A DNA stretch of 35,476 nucleotides, from positions 1-35,476 of the forward strand of contig CAIQBQ010000108.1 in NCBI GenBank assembly GCA_903870105.1, written 5' to 3'. The position numbers and the translations under genes are program-made. The DNA comes from an uncultured Alphaproteobacteria bacterium. GTDB lineage: Bacteria > Pseudomonadota > Alphaproteobacteria > Rickettsiales > UBA1997. Within the stretch, counting starts at the first letter, position 1. Every line of letters starts with the position of its first letter. Below are positions 9,178 to 18,215 of the stretch, one piece after another. The notes below the pieces were generated by a model, which was given only the letters and a program-made list of their open reading frames with translations, searched no databases and was not told where the DNA came from.

Positions 9178-9703
9178 AAAAATTTTAATCGCCAAAGTCT
9201 CTTCACCCTTTGGAATCAGGGGCGAGGTTAAAATAATCGCCTTCTGCGACAATCATCTTAATCTCGAAAAATATTCTCTAACTGATGCCAAGGGAAATGA
9301 GATCAGACTTAAAATCAGTAATAAAAATAAAACAGTGATTGGCGCAAGTAATGGAGACCCAATAGTGATTGCGAAAATTGATGGAATCAATGATCGCAAT
9401 GCTTCCGAGCTTGCACGCAATCTAGAGATTTTTGCCGATCGCGCTGATTTCGAACCGACTTCAGAAGATGAATTCTATTATTCTGACTTAATTGGACTTG
9501 ATGTTGTTGATGCGAATTCAAAAAAAATTGGTAATATTATCGCCGTCTCAGAATATGGCGCTGGCGGGGTTATTGATATTAAATTCACAGACAATCGAGT
9601 TGAAAATTTTCCCTTCAAAAATCAAATTTTTCCGGAAGTAAATCTGCAGAAAAATTTCATCCGGATGGAAGATATTGAGACCGTTGACGGTGATAAAGAT
9701 TAA
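9170..9703 (+). CDS. rimM: 16S rRNA processing protein RimM
   Basis: FGIRGEVKI, GINDRN and EDEFYYSDLIGL. Confidence 0.94.
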   Translation: MSKKILIAKVSSPFGIRGEVKIIAFCDNHLNLEKYSLTDAKGNEIRLKISNKNKTVIGASNGDPIVIAKIDGINDRNASELARNLEIFADRADFEPTSEDEFYYSDLIGLDVVDANSKKIGNIIAVSEYGAGGVIDIKFTDNRVENFPFKNQIFPEVNLQKNFIRMEDIETVDGDKD

Positions 9704-9771
9704 AAATTATTATTTGTTATAAAATTCCTGGATCTTTGCGGAAGCGATGATTCAAAAAAATAATTATTAAA

Positions 9772-10314
9772 ATGTTAAAAATATTTCAGATTTCTGTTTT
9801 TCTAATTCTTACTTCTTGTGCGCTATCAGGAAGATCTAACGACAAAAGCGTTACTAAATACATCACCGGCGCAACCAAGGTTAATGAGACGAAGGACGTT
9901 CACGTAATAAATATTTTCAGAGCGATAGGCACACCAAATAATGTGGTGGCAATCGACAAGTATAAATATTACCAATGGGATTATTCGAGAACGGTTGGAG
10001 TTAGCACCATCCTAGGCGGAGGCAGCACCACTTTTTACTGCAAACTTTCTGCAGAGACGCAAAACAACAAGATTAAAACTTTGAATTGGTATGGAAATCA
10101 GTGTGATATTTTCCTCGATCTCATTAAGGAATATTTTCAGGATAAGCTCAATGTGGCGATAATTTTGGACGAAGATAGCAAGCAGCAAAGCACCGCGCCT
10201 TCCACTGCGCCTTTAGCTCCAAAAGTTGAGAATGTTGTTGAGCAGATAGTGCCAAGAAAATCTGCTGAGAGCGCAAATGTTGTCGACCATCAAGGGGATG
10301 CCGCCATTCACTAG
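9772..10314 (+). CDS. hypothetical lipoprotein
   Basis: 180-aa ORF with lipobox LTSC and a low-complexity C-terminus. Confidence 0.75.
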   Translation: MLKIFQISVFLILTSCALSGRSNDKSVTKYITGATKVNETKDVHVINIFRAIGTPNNVVAIDKYKYYQWDYSRTVGVSTILGGGSTTFYCKLSAETQNNKIKTLNWYGNQCDIFLDLIKEYFQDKLNVAIILDEDSKQQSTAPSTAPLAPKVENVVEQIVPRKSAESANVVDHQGDAAIH

Positions 10315-10864
10315 ACAAGATTTTTGATCGCTTAGAATAACAATTCTGGCGAGCTAAAAAAGAAGACCTTTTCTTTTTTAAAAAAATATTTTTTAGAGCT
10401 CTTTGGCCAAGTAAGAAAGCATTCTAAATCTCTGGTGACGCTGTTGACGAAAGAGAGAGGGAAAAAAGTTTCGTTAAAAGGTGATCGATGTATTTTTTGG
10501 CTGAGCGATGCTGCAAGTGGAAAAACCAGCAAGGGGATTAATAGGCATCAACACGTGAAGATATTCCAGGGCTTTCAAACAGTCTTTTCTGCTCTTTTTT
10601 AAACACGTTTCAAATAGCTCTGATATTTTGTATTTTTACCCTATCGGATTGAATTGATTTTCCCCCTGCTTCATAAAAATAATTCGAGTTGAATTAAGGT
10701 TTTTTTAAGCTCTTCTTTGACAACCTTCTCTTGGTCGAAAAAGGAGAATCAGAGGCTAGTCTTTCTTAGTCTTATGGCCCTGACTGTATTGGATGAGGAG
10801 TTATTAAGGAGCCTTTATTTTTAAGGCTTAATTAGGCATCTTTGTACTGTGCCATCCTGGTGGA

Positions 10865-10941
10865 TGGCGGGAGTGACGGGACTCGAACCCGCGGCCTCTT
10901 GCGTGACAGGCAAGCGCTCTAACCAACTGAGCTACACCCCC
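10865..10941 (-). tRNA. tRNA-Asp(GTC)
   Basis: Reverse complement GGGGGTGTAGCTCAGTTGGTTAGAGCGCTTGCCTGTCACGCAAG...GGTTCGAGTCC...CCCGCCA, 77 nt. Confidence 0.97.
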
Positions 10942-10999
10942 TAATAAGTAAGAACAATGATAATAATCTTAGTTTATGAAATAATCTTCCAACTAAGAT

Positions 11000-11075
11000 T
11001 GGTGGGTGATGACAGGCTCGAACTGCCGACCCTCTCCTTGTAAGGGAGATGCTCTACCAACTGAGCTAATCACCC
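11000..11075 (-). tRNA. tRNA-Val(TAC)
   Basis: Reverse complement GGGTGATTAGCTCAGTTGGTAGAGCATCTCCCTTACAAGGAGA...GTTCGAGC...CACCCACCA, 76 nt. Confidence 0.97.
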
Positions 11076-11270
11076 ATAAATTTTTTTAAGCTAAACCCTG
11101 ACTTTAATGCCGCTTATCTTATGACTTGCTCAAAAGGATTATTAATCTTTTTGTCTTAGATAAATGTCTCTTGAGCTCTCTCAAAAAGTTACTTTTGCGA
11201 GAGTCTCAGAATTTTTTTCCAATAATTCTAAAACAAAATGGTTTTATAAATTTTGGAGAAATTTTTTTAG

Positions 11271-11304
11271 AAAAAACTCCTTACGCGAATATTTTCGCGT
11301 AAGG
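11271..11304 (-). terminator. intrinsic terminator of the HU gene
   Basis: 11-bp stem CCTTACGCGAA/TTCGCGTAAGG (11279-11304) followed by a U6 tract on the minus strand, just after the HU stop. Confidence 0.8.
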
Positions 11305-11312
11305 GTTGGAAA

Positions 11313-11585
11313 CTATTTTACAGAATCTTTCAATGCTTTACCAGCAGCGAATTTTACGCGCTTAGATGCTTTGATTTGGATCTCTTTGCCAGTTTGAGGA
11401 TTGCGACCTTTTCTAGCGGCAGTTTTTACTACTTTAAAAGTACCAAATCCGATCAAGGTAACTACATCACCTTTTTTAAGAGCTTTAGTAGTTGCTTTAA
11501 GAAGAGCTTCTACAGCCGCGCTAGCATCTTTTTGAGAAAGACCAGTTTGGTTGGCAATTTCTTTAATTAAATCTGTTTTGTGCAT
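11313..11585 (-). CDS. hup: DNA-binding protein HU
   Basis: VTLIGFGTF, RKGRNPQTG and FAAGKALKD. Confidence 0.96.
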   Translation of the reverse strand: MHKTDLIKEIANQTGLSQKDASAAVEALLKATTKALKKGDVVTLIGFGTFKVVKTAARKGRNPQTGKEIQIKASKRVKFAAGKALKDSVK

Positions 11586-11720
11586 ATTAATGATCTCTTT
11601 TGATTAATATTTTGAGGAAAGAAACATGTCACGAAGCAGCTTGTAGACTGGCTCCGTACCAAGTTGCTCCGAGAAATTATTTACGAAAAATTTGAAAGCA
11701 ACTACTATTCTAAATTATTT

Positions 11721-12332
11721 TTAGGTGCTGAGACCAAGACTGGTGCGGCTCGACAAAAATAGGTTTTTTTCTGTCACAGTAAAATCAAGATTCTGATCCG
11801 TCTCTTCAATCGGCAGATAATCTTGTGAGAGCTGGAAATCAAAGGCTAAACCGATTGTTATAATTTTGGGTTTTTTCTTTTTTAGAGATTCTATTGTACG
11901 ATCAAAAAATCCGCCACCCATGCCGAGCCTTGATAATCGTAAATCGAACGCAAGTAGCGGTAAAATCAAAAAATCAGGAGAGATTATTTTTCCTTCCGCG
12001 GGCTCCTTGATTTTTGTAAAAGATTTATTGGCAACAAATTCAGCCTCTTGATCAAATAAAGTAAATTGTAGCGGTTTATTTGCGGTGATGATTTTTGGAT
12101 AAGAAAAGAGAATTTGGTTTTTTATAAAATGCTCTGCAATCAGATTAGTTGAAACCTCGCTTGGCATTGCAAGGTAAAGAGAGAAAATTTTATCAGAGTT
12201 CTTTTCATAAAATTTGGGCAGAAGATTTTGTAAAAAATTTTCGTTAATTTGTTGCGATCTGGTTTTGATCTCATCTTGCGATAATAACGCCCTCTTGGCT
12301 TTAAATATTTTGCGCAGATCAGCTTTGCTCAT
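11721..12332 (-). CDS. fau: 5-formyltetrahydrofolate cyclo-ligase
   Basis: K..LR...K.KR, PLLAFD, RLGMGGGFFDR and GLAFDFQ. Confidence 0.94.
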   Translation of the reverse strand: MSKADLRKIFKAKRALLSQDEIKTRSQQINENFLQNLLPKFYEKNSDKIFSLYLAMPSEVSTNLIAEHFIKNQILFSYPKIITANKPLQFTLFDQEAEFVANKSFTKIKEPAEGKIISPDFLILPLLAFDLRLSRLGMGGGFFDRTIESLKKKKPKIITIGLAFDFQLSQDYLPIEETDQNLDFTVTEKNLFLSSRTSLGLST

Positions 12333-12634
12333 CAAAGTTTTTGAATTTTTTTTGTTAAATTTCCGATGTAGTTTGCGATATTCTCAATGTTGTCACTCAT
12401 CGAATTACATACTTCTTGAGAGGTAAATTTCTCTTCTGTTGCAGATATTAATTCTTCTTCCATGGTCAGTGCGGCCATTACTAATAGCATTTTTTCGTCA
12501 GAAAATTTTAACGAGAATGATAATTCATCAAGTCTTTGATTTAAGCGTTTAACGAGTTCTAGTAATTTTTCTTTCTCCTCGGTTTTGCAGGCGATTTTGT
12601 AGTGCGATTTACCGATTTGGATTTCAACTGTCAT
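12332..12634 (-). CDS. zapA: cell division protein ZapA
   Basis: V.IQIG...YKIAC...E...L and LLVMAAL motifs; adjacent to fau. Confidence 0.88.
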   Translation of the reverse strand: MTVEIQIGKSHYKIACKTEEKEKLLELVKRLNQRLDELSFSLKFSDEKMLLVMAALTMEEELISATEEKFTSQEVCNSMSDNIENIANYIGNLTKKIQKL

Positions 12635-12977
12635 ATTTTTCGATTACTTCATGAAGCGCTGCTAGATCAACTTCTATCGCTTCAGCTAAATCATTTTTTT
12701 GTTGACGAAAATTCTCGATTCTTTGCCCAAGAACTTTGTTTGTTTCGCGTAAAAACTCAGTCTCTTTTCCCAATTCGGATAGCTCTTTTTGTAGGCGATT
12801 TATTTCTGTGCCGATGCGAGAAATTACGACTGACTTTGATTCATCATCAGTCGTGAGTAATTCTGGGTTTAAAGACGCTTCGCGAATTTTTTCCTTAACG
12901 GCTTCTTCAAGATTTTTTAACGCATCGGATAAATGCTTTCGAGCTTGATTAAATTTGGCTTCACCCTCGAGCTTCAT
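12624..12977 (-). CDS. coiled-coil protein upstream of zapA (ZapB/DUF4164-like position)
   Basis: Heptad-rich 117-aa ORF translationally coupled to argJ and zapA. Confidence 0.65.
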   Translation of the reverse strand: MKLEGEAKFNQARKHLSDALKNLEEAVKEKIREASLNPELLTTDDESKSVVISRIGTEINRLQKELSELGKETEFLRETNKVLGQRIENFRQQKNDLAEAIEVDLAALHEVIEKYDS

Positions 12978-14161
12978 GAGCGATAATCCTTGTTAATTTT
13001 GATGTATTCTTCGTTTAAGTCGCATGTCCAAACGACTGCTCTACTTGCGCCAATTCCAAGATTTACAGAAATTTTTACCTCCGATCCGGTAAGATATTTA
13101 TGAGCTAAATTTTCTACATATTCCGGATGTTTTGCTCCGTCTTTAGTGATTGGATGATCACCAATTTTAATGATTATTTTTTCAGGCGAAGTTTCTGAAC
13201 AAGATTTTCCAATGGCCATAACGATACGTCCCCAGTTAGGATCTGCCGCCGCAATCGCAGTTTTAACCAAAGGCGAATTGGCGATTGAAAAGGCGACTTC
13301 CTTGGCCTGTTCGTAAGTTCTGGCGCCCTCAACTTCGATTTCGATTAGTTTTTTTGCACCTTCGCCATCAATTACAATCATCTTTGCGAGGCCTAAGGCT
13401 AATTCGTTTAGCGTGTTTTTAAATTCGGTAAGTTCGAGTGAATGCGAATCAATGATTTCATGGCTTCCAACTTCTTTCGTGGCGAATAATAAAACAGTAT
13501 CATTCGTTGACTGGTCTGAGTCGACAGTGATTGCATTGAAGCTATGCTCGACAGTTTCTTTGAGTAAAATTTGTAAAGTTGTAGGGCAAATATTGGCGTC
13601 GGTAAAAATATAGCCAAGCATTGTCGCCATGTTTGGCGCGATCATTCCCGAGCCTTTAGAAAAACCAATTAGTGTAACATTGTTGCCGGCAATTTTGCAG
13701 GTTCTGTTGATTAGTTTTATCTTGGTGTCTGTGGTCATGATCGCTTGTGCAGCCTTGTTCCACGAAGATTCGTTGATGGTAGAATCTTTAACCATTTGCG
13801 GGATTGCCGCTTCGATTAATTCAACTTTTAAGGTTTCACCAATTACTCCAGTTGAAGAAATAAGAACTTCTTCCGGCTTACAGCCAAGATCTTTTGCAAC
13901 TTTATTTGCAGTTCTCAAAACTGCTTCTTCTCCTTCTTTTCCGGTGAAGGCGTTAGCATTTCCGGCATTGACGATTAAAGCTCTAGCCTTGCCGCTTTTG
14001 ACATTTTTCTTACACCAAACTACGGGCGCTGCAGGCATTGAAGAAGTCGTGAAGACTCCGGCAACATTGGTTGGTCGGTCAAAAGTGATGAGCAAAAGAT
14101 CATCACGGTTTTTATATTTTAAACCACAATTCGTGGTGCTGATTTTTAATCCTTTAAGCAT
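12974..14161 (-). CDS. argJ: ornithine acetyltransferase / N-acetylglutamate synthase ArgJ
   Basis: VNAGNANAFTG, STGVIG, IMTTDT, KGSGMIAPNMATML, STND and DGEGA. Confidence 0.97.
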   Translation of the reverse strand: MLKGLKISTTNCGLKYKNRDDLLLITFDRPTNVAGVFTTSSMPAAPVVWCKKNVKSGKARALIVNAGNANAFTGKEGEEAVLRTANKVAKDLGCKPEEVLISSTGVIGETLKVELIEAAIPQMVKDSTINESSWNKAAQAIMTTDTKIKLINRTCKIAGNNVTLIGFSKGSGMIAPNMATMLGYIFTDANICPTTLQILLKETVEHSFNAITVDSDQSTNDTVLLFATKEVGSHEIIDSHSLELTEFKNTLNELALGLAKMIVIDGEGAKKLIEIEVEGARTYEQAKEVAFSIANSPLVKTAIAAADPNWGRIVMAIGKSCSETSPEKIIIKIGDHPITKDGAKHPEYVENLAHKYLTGSEVKISVNLGIGASRAVVWTCDLNEEYIKINKDYRS

Positions 14162-14948
14162 TAGCAAACTCCTGAATTTTTTTAGTTACTGCAGCGACAA
14201 TTTCATCGCATGATTTGTTTTCCGCCATTTCTTTCACTAGTGCCGAGCCAACAACCACAGCATCTACACCAATTTGAGAAAATTCTCTAACTTGTTGCGG
14301 CGTTTGAATTCCAAAGCCGATGGCGATTGGTAATTTAGAAATTTTTTTCAGGTTTTGTAAATTTTCTACATTATCTTGAGCCTTTGCCATAGTGGTGCCG
14401 GTGATGCCAAGAAGTGAAATTAAATATAAAAATCCTCCAGCATTTTTGGTGATTTTTTTCTGACGTTTAAAGTCGGTTGTCGGTGAGATTAGTTTGATTA
14501 GATCGAGTTTTGTTTTTGAGATTTGCGGCATAATTTCGTGCTCTTCTTCTTGCGGAAGATCGACGATTAAAAAGCCATCAACTCCAGATTCCTCTGCTTC
14601 GACAAAGATTTTATTTAAGCCGAATTTCAAGACTGGATTGTAGTAAGTCATCAGAATCAGCGGAGTTTTTTTGTTAGTCTGGCGAAATTCAGAAACCATT
14701 TTTAAGGTTTTTTGAAGAGTCATTCCGTTAGCAATCGAAAGCTTCGCAGCGATCTCGATTGTGGGCCCATCTCCTGCGGGATCAAGAAATGGTACGCCAA
14801 GTTCAATCAAATCGGCGCCGGCCGCAGGCATAGCTTTAAGTGTTGCAAGTGAAGTTTCATAATTCGGATCTCCAGCGCAAATGTAAGCAATTAACGCAGA
14901 TTTTTTTTGAGCGCGAAGCTCTTTGAATTTTTGTTCGATTCGCTTCAT
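14154..14948 (-). CDS. trpA: tryptophan synthase alpha chain
   Basis: AGDP, IELGVPF.DP..DGPTI, LMTYYNP, GITG, GFGI and VVGSA. Confidence 0.97.
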   Translation of the reverse strand: MKRIEQKFKELRAQKKSALIAYICAGDPNYETSLATLKAMPAAGADLIELGVPFLDPAGDGPTIEIAAKLSIANGMTLQKTLKMVSEFRQTNKKTPLILMTYYNPVLKFGLNKIFVEAEESGVDGFLIVDLPQEEEHEIMPQISKTKLDLIKLISPTTDFKRQKKITKNAGGFLYLISLLGITGTTMAKAQDNVENLQNLKKISKLPIAIGFGIQTPQQVREFSQIGVDAVVVGSALVKEMAENKSCDEIVAAVTKKIQEFANA

Positions 14949-16132
14949 TATAATTTCACTCCCAAATGTTTTGCGATGGTGTTGATGTCTTTATCTCCGC
15001 GGCCCGAGATGTTGACGATGATGCATTGATCCTTTCTCATTTTCTTTGCGAGTTTACAAGCAAAAGAAACGGCGTGCGATGATTCTAGAGCTGGAATAAT
15101 CCCTTCTGTTTGGCATAAAAGTTGGAAGGCTTCTACCGCTTCTTCGTCTGTCGCACTAACATATTCTACTCTTTTGGTCTCGTGCAAATGAGCGTGCTCA
15201 GGGCCGATTCCGGGATAATCCAAGCCAGCAGAAATCGAGTGCGCGTCTTGAATTTGTCCGTCGGAATTTTGCAGGAAAAAAGTTTTGTTACCGTGTAGAA
15301 CTGCAATAGAACCCTTGCTGATTGATGCAGAATGCTCATCACTTTCTAGGCCTTTTCCGGCAGCTTCAACTCCGAACATTTTTACTTTGTCTTTGAGGAA
15401 TGGATGGAATAAGCCAATTGAGTTTGATCCGCCACCGATGCAGGCAACCAAAGCGTCAGGCAATTTTCCTTCAGCTTTTTTAAACTGCACCTTCGCCTCT
15501 TTTCCAATCACTGAATGGAAGTCGCGAACCATTGTTGGATAAGGGTGTGGGCCAGTAACGGTGCCAAGCAAATAGTAAGTGTCGCGAGAATTGGCAATCC
15601 AATCACGCATCGCTTCATTAATGGCATTTTTTAAACTTTTTGAACCAGTATTAACCGTTACAACTTCTGCTCCGAGTAGCTTCATACGAAAAACATTTTG
15701 CGCCTGACGCTCAACATCTTTTGCGCCCATGTAAATCACGCAAGGTAAGGAAAAAAGTGCGCAAACTGTTGCGGTTGCTACCCCATGTTGACCAGCTCCT
15801 GTCTCGGCAATGATGCGCTTCTTGCCCATTCTTTTAGCAAGCAAGATTTGTCCTAAGCAGTTATTGATTTTGTGCGAACCGGTGTGGTTGAGCTCATCAC
15901 GTTTCAAATAAATCTTTGCGCCATTTTCTCCTTCGGCTATTTTTTTAGTAAGTCGTTCAGCCAGATATAGCGGGCTTGGACGACCAACGTAATGTTTTAA
16001 ATAGTAGGCAAGCTCTTTCTGAAACCCAGGATCTTTTTTGGCTTTCGCGTAGGCGGCTTCAAGTTCTAAGACAGCTGGCATCAAACTTTCAGCGACATAT
16101 TGGCCACCGAATTGACCGAAATTTTTTTTCAT
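14948..16132 (-). CDS. trpB: tryptophan synthase beta chain
   Basis: [36 protein letters not shown] and SGRGDKD. Confidence 0.98.
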   Translation of the reverse strand: MKKNFGQFGGQYVAESLMPAVLELEAAYAKAKKDPGFQKELAYYLKHYVGRPSPLYLAERLTKKIAEGENGAKIYLKRDELNHTGSHKINNCLGQILLAKRMGKKRIIAETGAGQHGVATATVCALFSLPCVIYMGAKDVERQAQNVFRMKLLGAEVVTVNTGSKSLKNAINEAMRDWIANSRDTYYLLGTVTGPHPYPTMVRDFHSVIGKEAKVQFKKAEGKLPDALVACIGGGSNSIGLFHPFLKDKVKMFGVEAAGKGLESDEHSASISKGSIAVLHGNKTFFLQNSDGQIQDAHSISAGLDYPGIGPEHAHLHETKRVEYVSATDEEAVEAFQLLCQTEGIIPALESSHAVSFACKLAKKMRKDQCIIVNISGRGDKDINTIAKHLGVKL

Positions 16133-16330
16133 ATTGAGGGTAGGAGTAAGGATTTAGGCGAACCTTGGGTGAAAGTTGAAAATATGCAAGACGAGTATGT
16201 GACGAGTTTCTTTGATCCTCGCCTTTGGGATAATGGCGCTTAAAGCAAATGTCCCAGTTGTTCGGATCATCCTTGAGAAGGAGAAGATTAAGAAAGAAAT
16301 GATGTCGCTCAATTTCTTTGTTTTTTCCAG

Positions 16331-16392
16331 TTGACATCCCATTTTACCTCCACAAATTTCCGTACTTTCCCAAATATTTCCTAAATATCCCG
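16331..16392. promoter_or_regulatory. putative mraZ promoter (-35 TTGACA) with roughly 10-bp periodic MraZ-box-like repeats
   Basis: TTGACA at 16331-16336. TCCCA/TCCAC/TCCGT/TCCCA/TCCTA/TCCCG recur every 9-12 bp up to the GTG start and read as TGGGA-like on the minus strand. Confidence 0.55.
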
Positions 16393-16841
16393 TGGCTTTA
16401 TTTCTCTCAACCTTCACAAACAAAATCGACGCCAAGGGTAGGGTATCAGTGCCTGTACAGTTTCGCGCTTCTTTGGTGAATGAGAGCTTTTCGGGGATGG
16501 TGGTTTATGAGTCTTTCATCAATGACTGTGTTGAAGGCTGCGATATTGAGCGCATCAAAAAACTTTCTGAATCAATTGATAATTTAGATCCATTTTCTGA
16601 AGAGCGTGATGCCTTTGCTGCTGCGGTTTTGGGTGGCTCTGTTCAACTTTCTATTGATGGTGATGGCCGCGTAATTTTGCCGGAAAACCTGCTTAAAAAA
16701 CTGAAGATAAAATCAGAAATCACTTTTGTTGGTAAGGGCTCAACTTTTGAAATTTGGGAACCAAAGAAGTGTGAGTTGTACATGGCTCAAGCCATGAAAG
16801 ATGCGAAGACTAATCGCAAGTTATTGAAGGTTGCGAAATGA
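16392..16841 (+). CDS. mraZ: dcw cluster transcriptional repressor MraZ
   Basis: IDAKGRVSVP..FR, IDGDGRVILP and FVGKG..FEIW. Confidence 0.96.
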   Translation: MALFLSTFTNKIDAKGRVSVPVQFRASLVNESFSGMVVYESFINDCVEGCDIERIKKLSESIDNLDPFSEERDAFAAAVLGGSVQLSIDGDGRVILPENLLKKLKIKSEITFVGKGSTFEIWEPKKCELYMAQAMKDAKTNRKLLKVAK

Positions 16842-17758
16842 GTCATCAGCCAGTTCTTCTCAAAGAGGTAATAGCAAACTTAAAACCGGAAAAAGATGGA
16901 ACATATCTTGATGGCACTTTTGGTGCTGGTGGTTACTCCCGCGCTATTCTTGAAGCAGTGCAGTGCAATTTATTTGCCATTGATCGTGACGAAAGTGCAA
17001 AAAAATTTGCTGAAAAATTAACAAAAAATTTTCCGGACCATTTTGTTTTTCTATCGGGAAAATTTTCTGAAAGTGAAAGGCTTCTAAATGAGCAAAATGC
17101 TCCTAAGCTAGATGGAATGGTCTTTGATATCGGTGTTTCTTCGATGCAACTTGATGACAGATCGCGCGGATTTTCTTTTGATTCTGAAGCAAAACTCGAC
17201 ATGCGCATGGATCAAAATTCTTTTCCGAGTGCTTTTGAAGTAGTTAACGAATCTAGTGAGAAAGAGCTTGCGCAGATCATTAAAGAATTTGGCGACGAGC
17301 CAAAAGCGCGTCAGATTGCGAAAAAAATTATCGCCGCGCGCGCGGTAAAACCAATTACTACTTGCCAGGATTTGGCGCAAATAGTTCGCTCACTTTATTA
17401 CGGTTATTCGAAGACTGATCCATCAACTAGAACTTTTCAGGCTCTAAGAATTTTTGTTAATCAAGAGCTAGAAGAACTCAAGGCCGCACTGGCTTCATCG
17501 CTTACTTTACTTAAAAAAGGCGGACGTCTTGTCGTCGTTTCTTTTCACTCACTCGAAGACTCAATAGTCAAAAATTTTCTTAAAGAAGAGTCGGGTTTAA
17601 GCCAAACATTTTCGCGCTATCAGCCGATTTCAGAGCAGCAAAATTCGTCCAAAAATTTTCATGTATTAACTAAGTCAGCAATTTCTCCGACAGCGGAAGA
17701 AATTGCTGCAAATCCGCGCGCGCGTTCTGCCAAGATGCGTGTGGCGGTAAGAATTTAA
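16838..17758 (+). CDS. rsmH: 16S rRNA m4C1402 methyltransferase
   Basis: HQPVLL, DGTFGAGGY, DIGVSSMQLD, LDMRM, FQALRI, SFHSLED and NPRARSAK. Confidence 0.97.
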   Translation: MSHQPVLLKEVIANLKPEKDGTYLDGTFGAGGYSRAILEAVQCNLFAIDRDESAKKFAEKLTKNFPDHFVFLSGKFSESERLLNEQNAPKLDGMVFDIGVSSMQLDDRSRGFSFDSEAKLDMRMDQNSFPSAFEVVNESSEKELAQIIKEFGDEPKARQIAKKIIAARAVKPITTCQDLAQIVRSLYYGYSKTDPSTRTFQALRIFVNQELEELKAALASSLTLLKKGGRLVVVSFHSLEDSIVKNFLKEESGLSQTFSRYQPISEQQNSSKNFHVLTKSAISPTAEEIAANPRARSAKMRVAVRI

Positions 17759-17760
17759 CA

Positions 17761-18132
17761 ATGAGCAATCAAAAATTTTACCTAACCAATTCAGCGTTAA
17801 TTTCTGGAATCATTCTCAGCATTATTTTGATGTTTGTGGTGCAGTTCAAAGTTGAATCTCTGCAAGATGAAATTGCTAAGGCTGAAAATGAAATCGCTTC
17901 TTACCAAGATCAAATTCAGTTTTTGGAAGTGGAGTGGGTTTATTTAACTAGGCCGGAAAGGTTGCGTACTCTAGCTACAAACTACTTACAAAATAACGGT
18001 TACGCCTTGGCCAGTCAGATTAAAAATGTTGATGATTTAGAAAAATATTACCTAGCGACTTACGAAAAAACTGAAGTAGACAAACTGGCTTTAGGCGATG
18101 AGAGTAAAGAAGCGCCAACGATTTCCTTTTAA
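17761..18132 (+). CDS. ftsL: cell division protein FtsL
   Basis: One TM helix, a coiled coil and LEVEWVYLTRPERL; directly after rsmH. Confidence 0.88.
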   Translation: MSNQKFYLTNSALISGIILSIILMFVVQFKVESLQDEIAKAENEIASYQDQIQFLEVEWVYLTRPERLRTLATNYLQNNGYALASQIKNVDDLEKYYLATYEKTEVDKLALGDESKEAPTISF

Positions 18133-18215
18133 GAAATTCATTTAAATTTAGTCTCAATATCTATCGCCCAACTCGGCTGCGCGCCTTTTTGTTGGGTGCT
18201 CATTTATCGCTATTC

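Noticed and set aside
13629-14213. 194-aa plus-strand ORF
   Set aside because: It is an antisense shadow of argJ with no motifs.
16089-16435. Minus-strand ORFs upstream of trpB as a trp leader peptide or trpF
   Set aside because: No tandem Trp codons, attenuator hairpin or TrpF motifs, and they overlap the mraZ promoter region.
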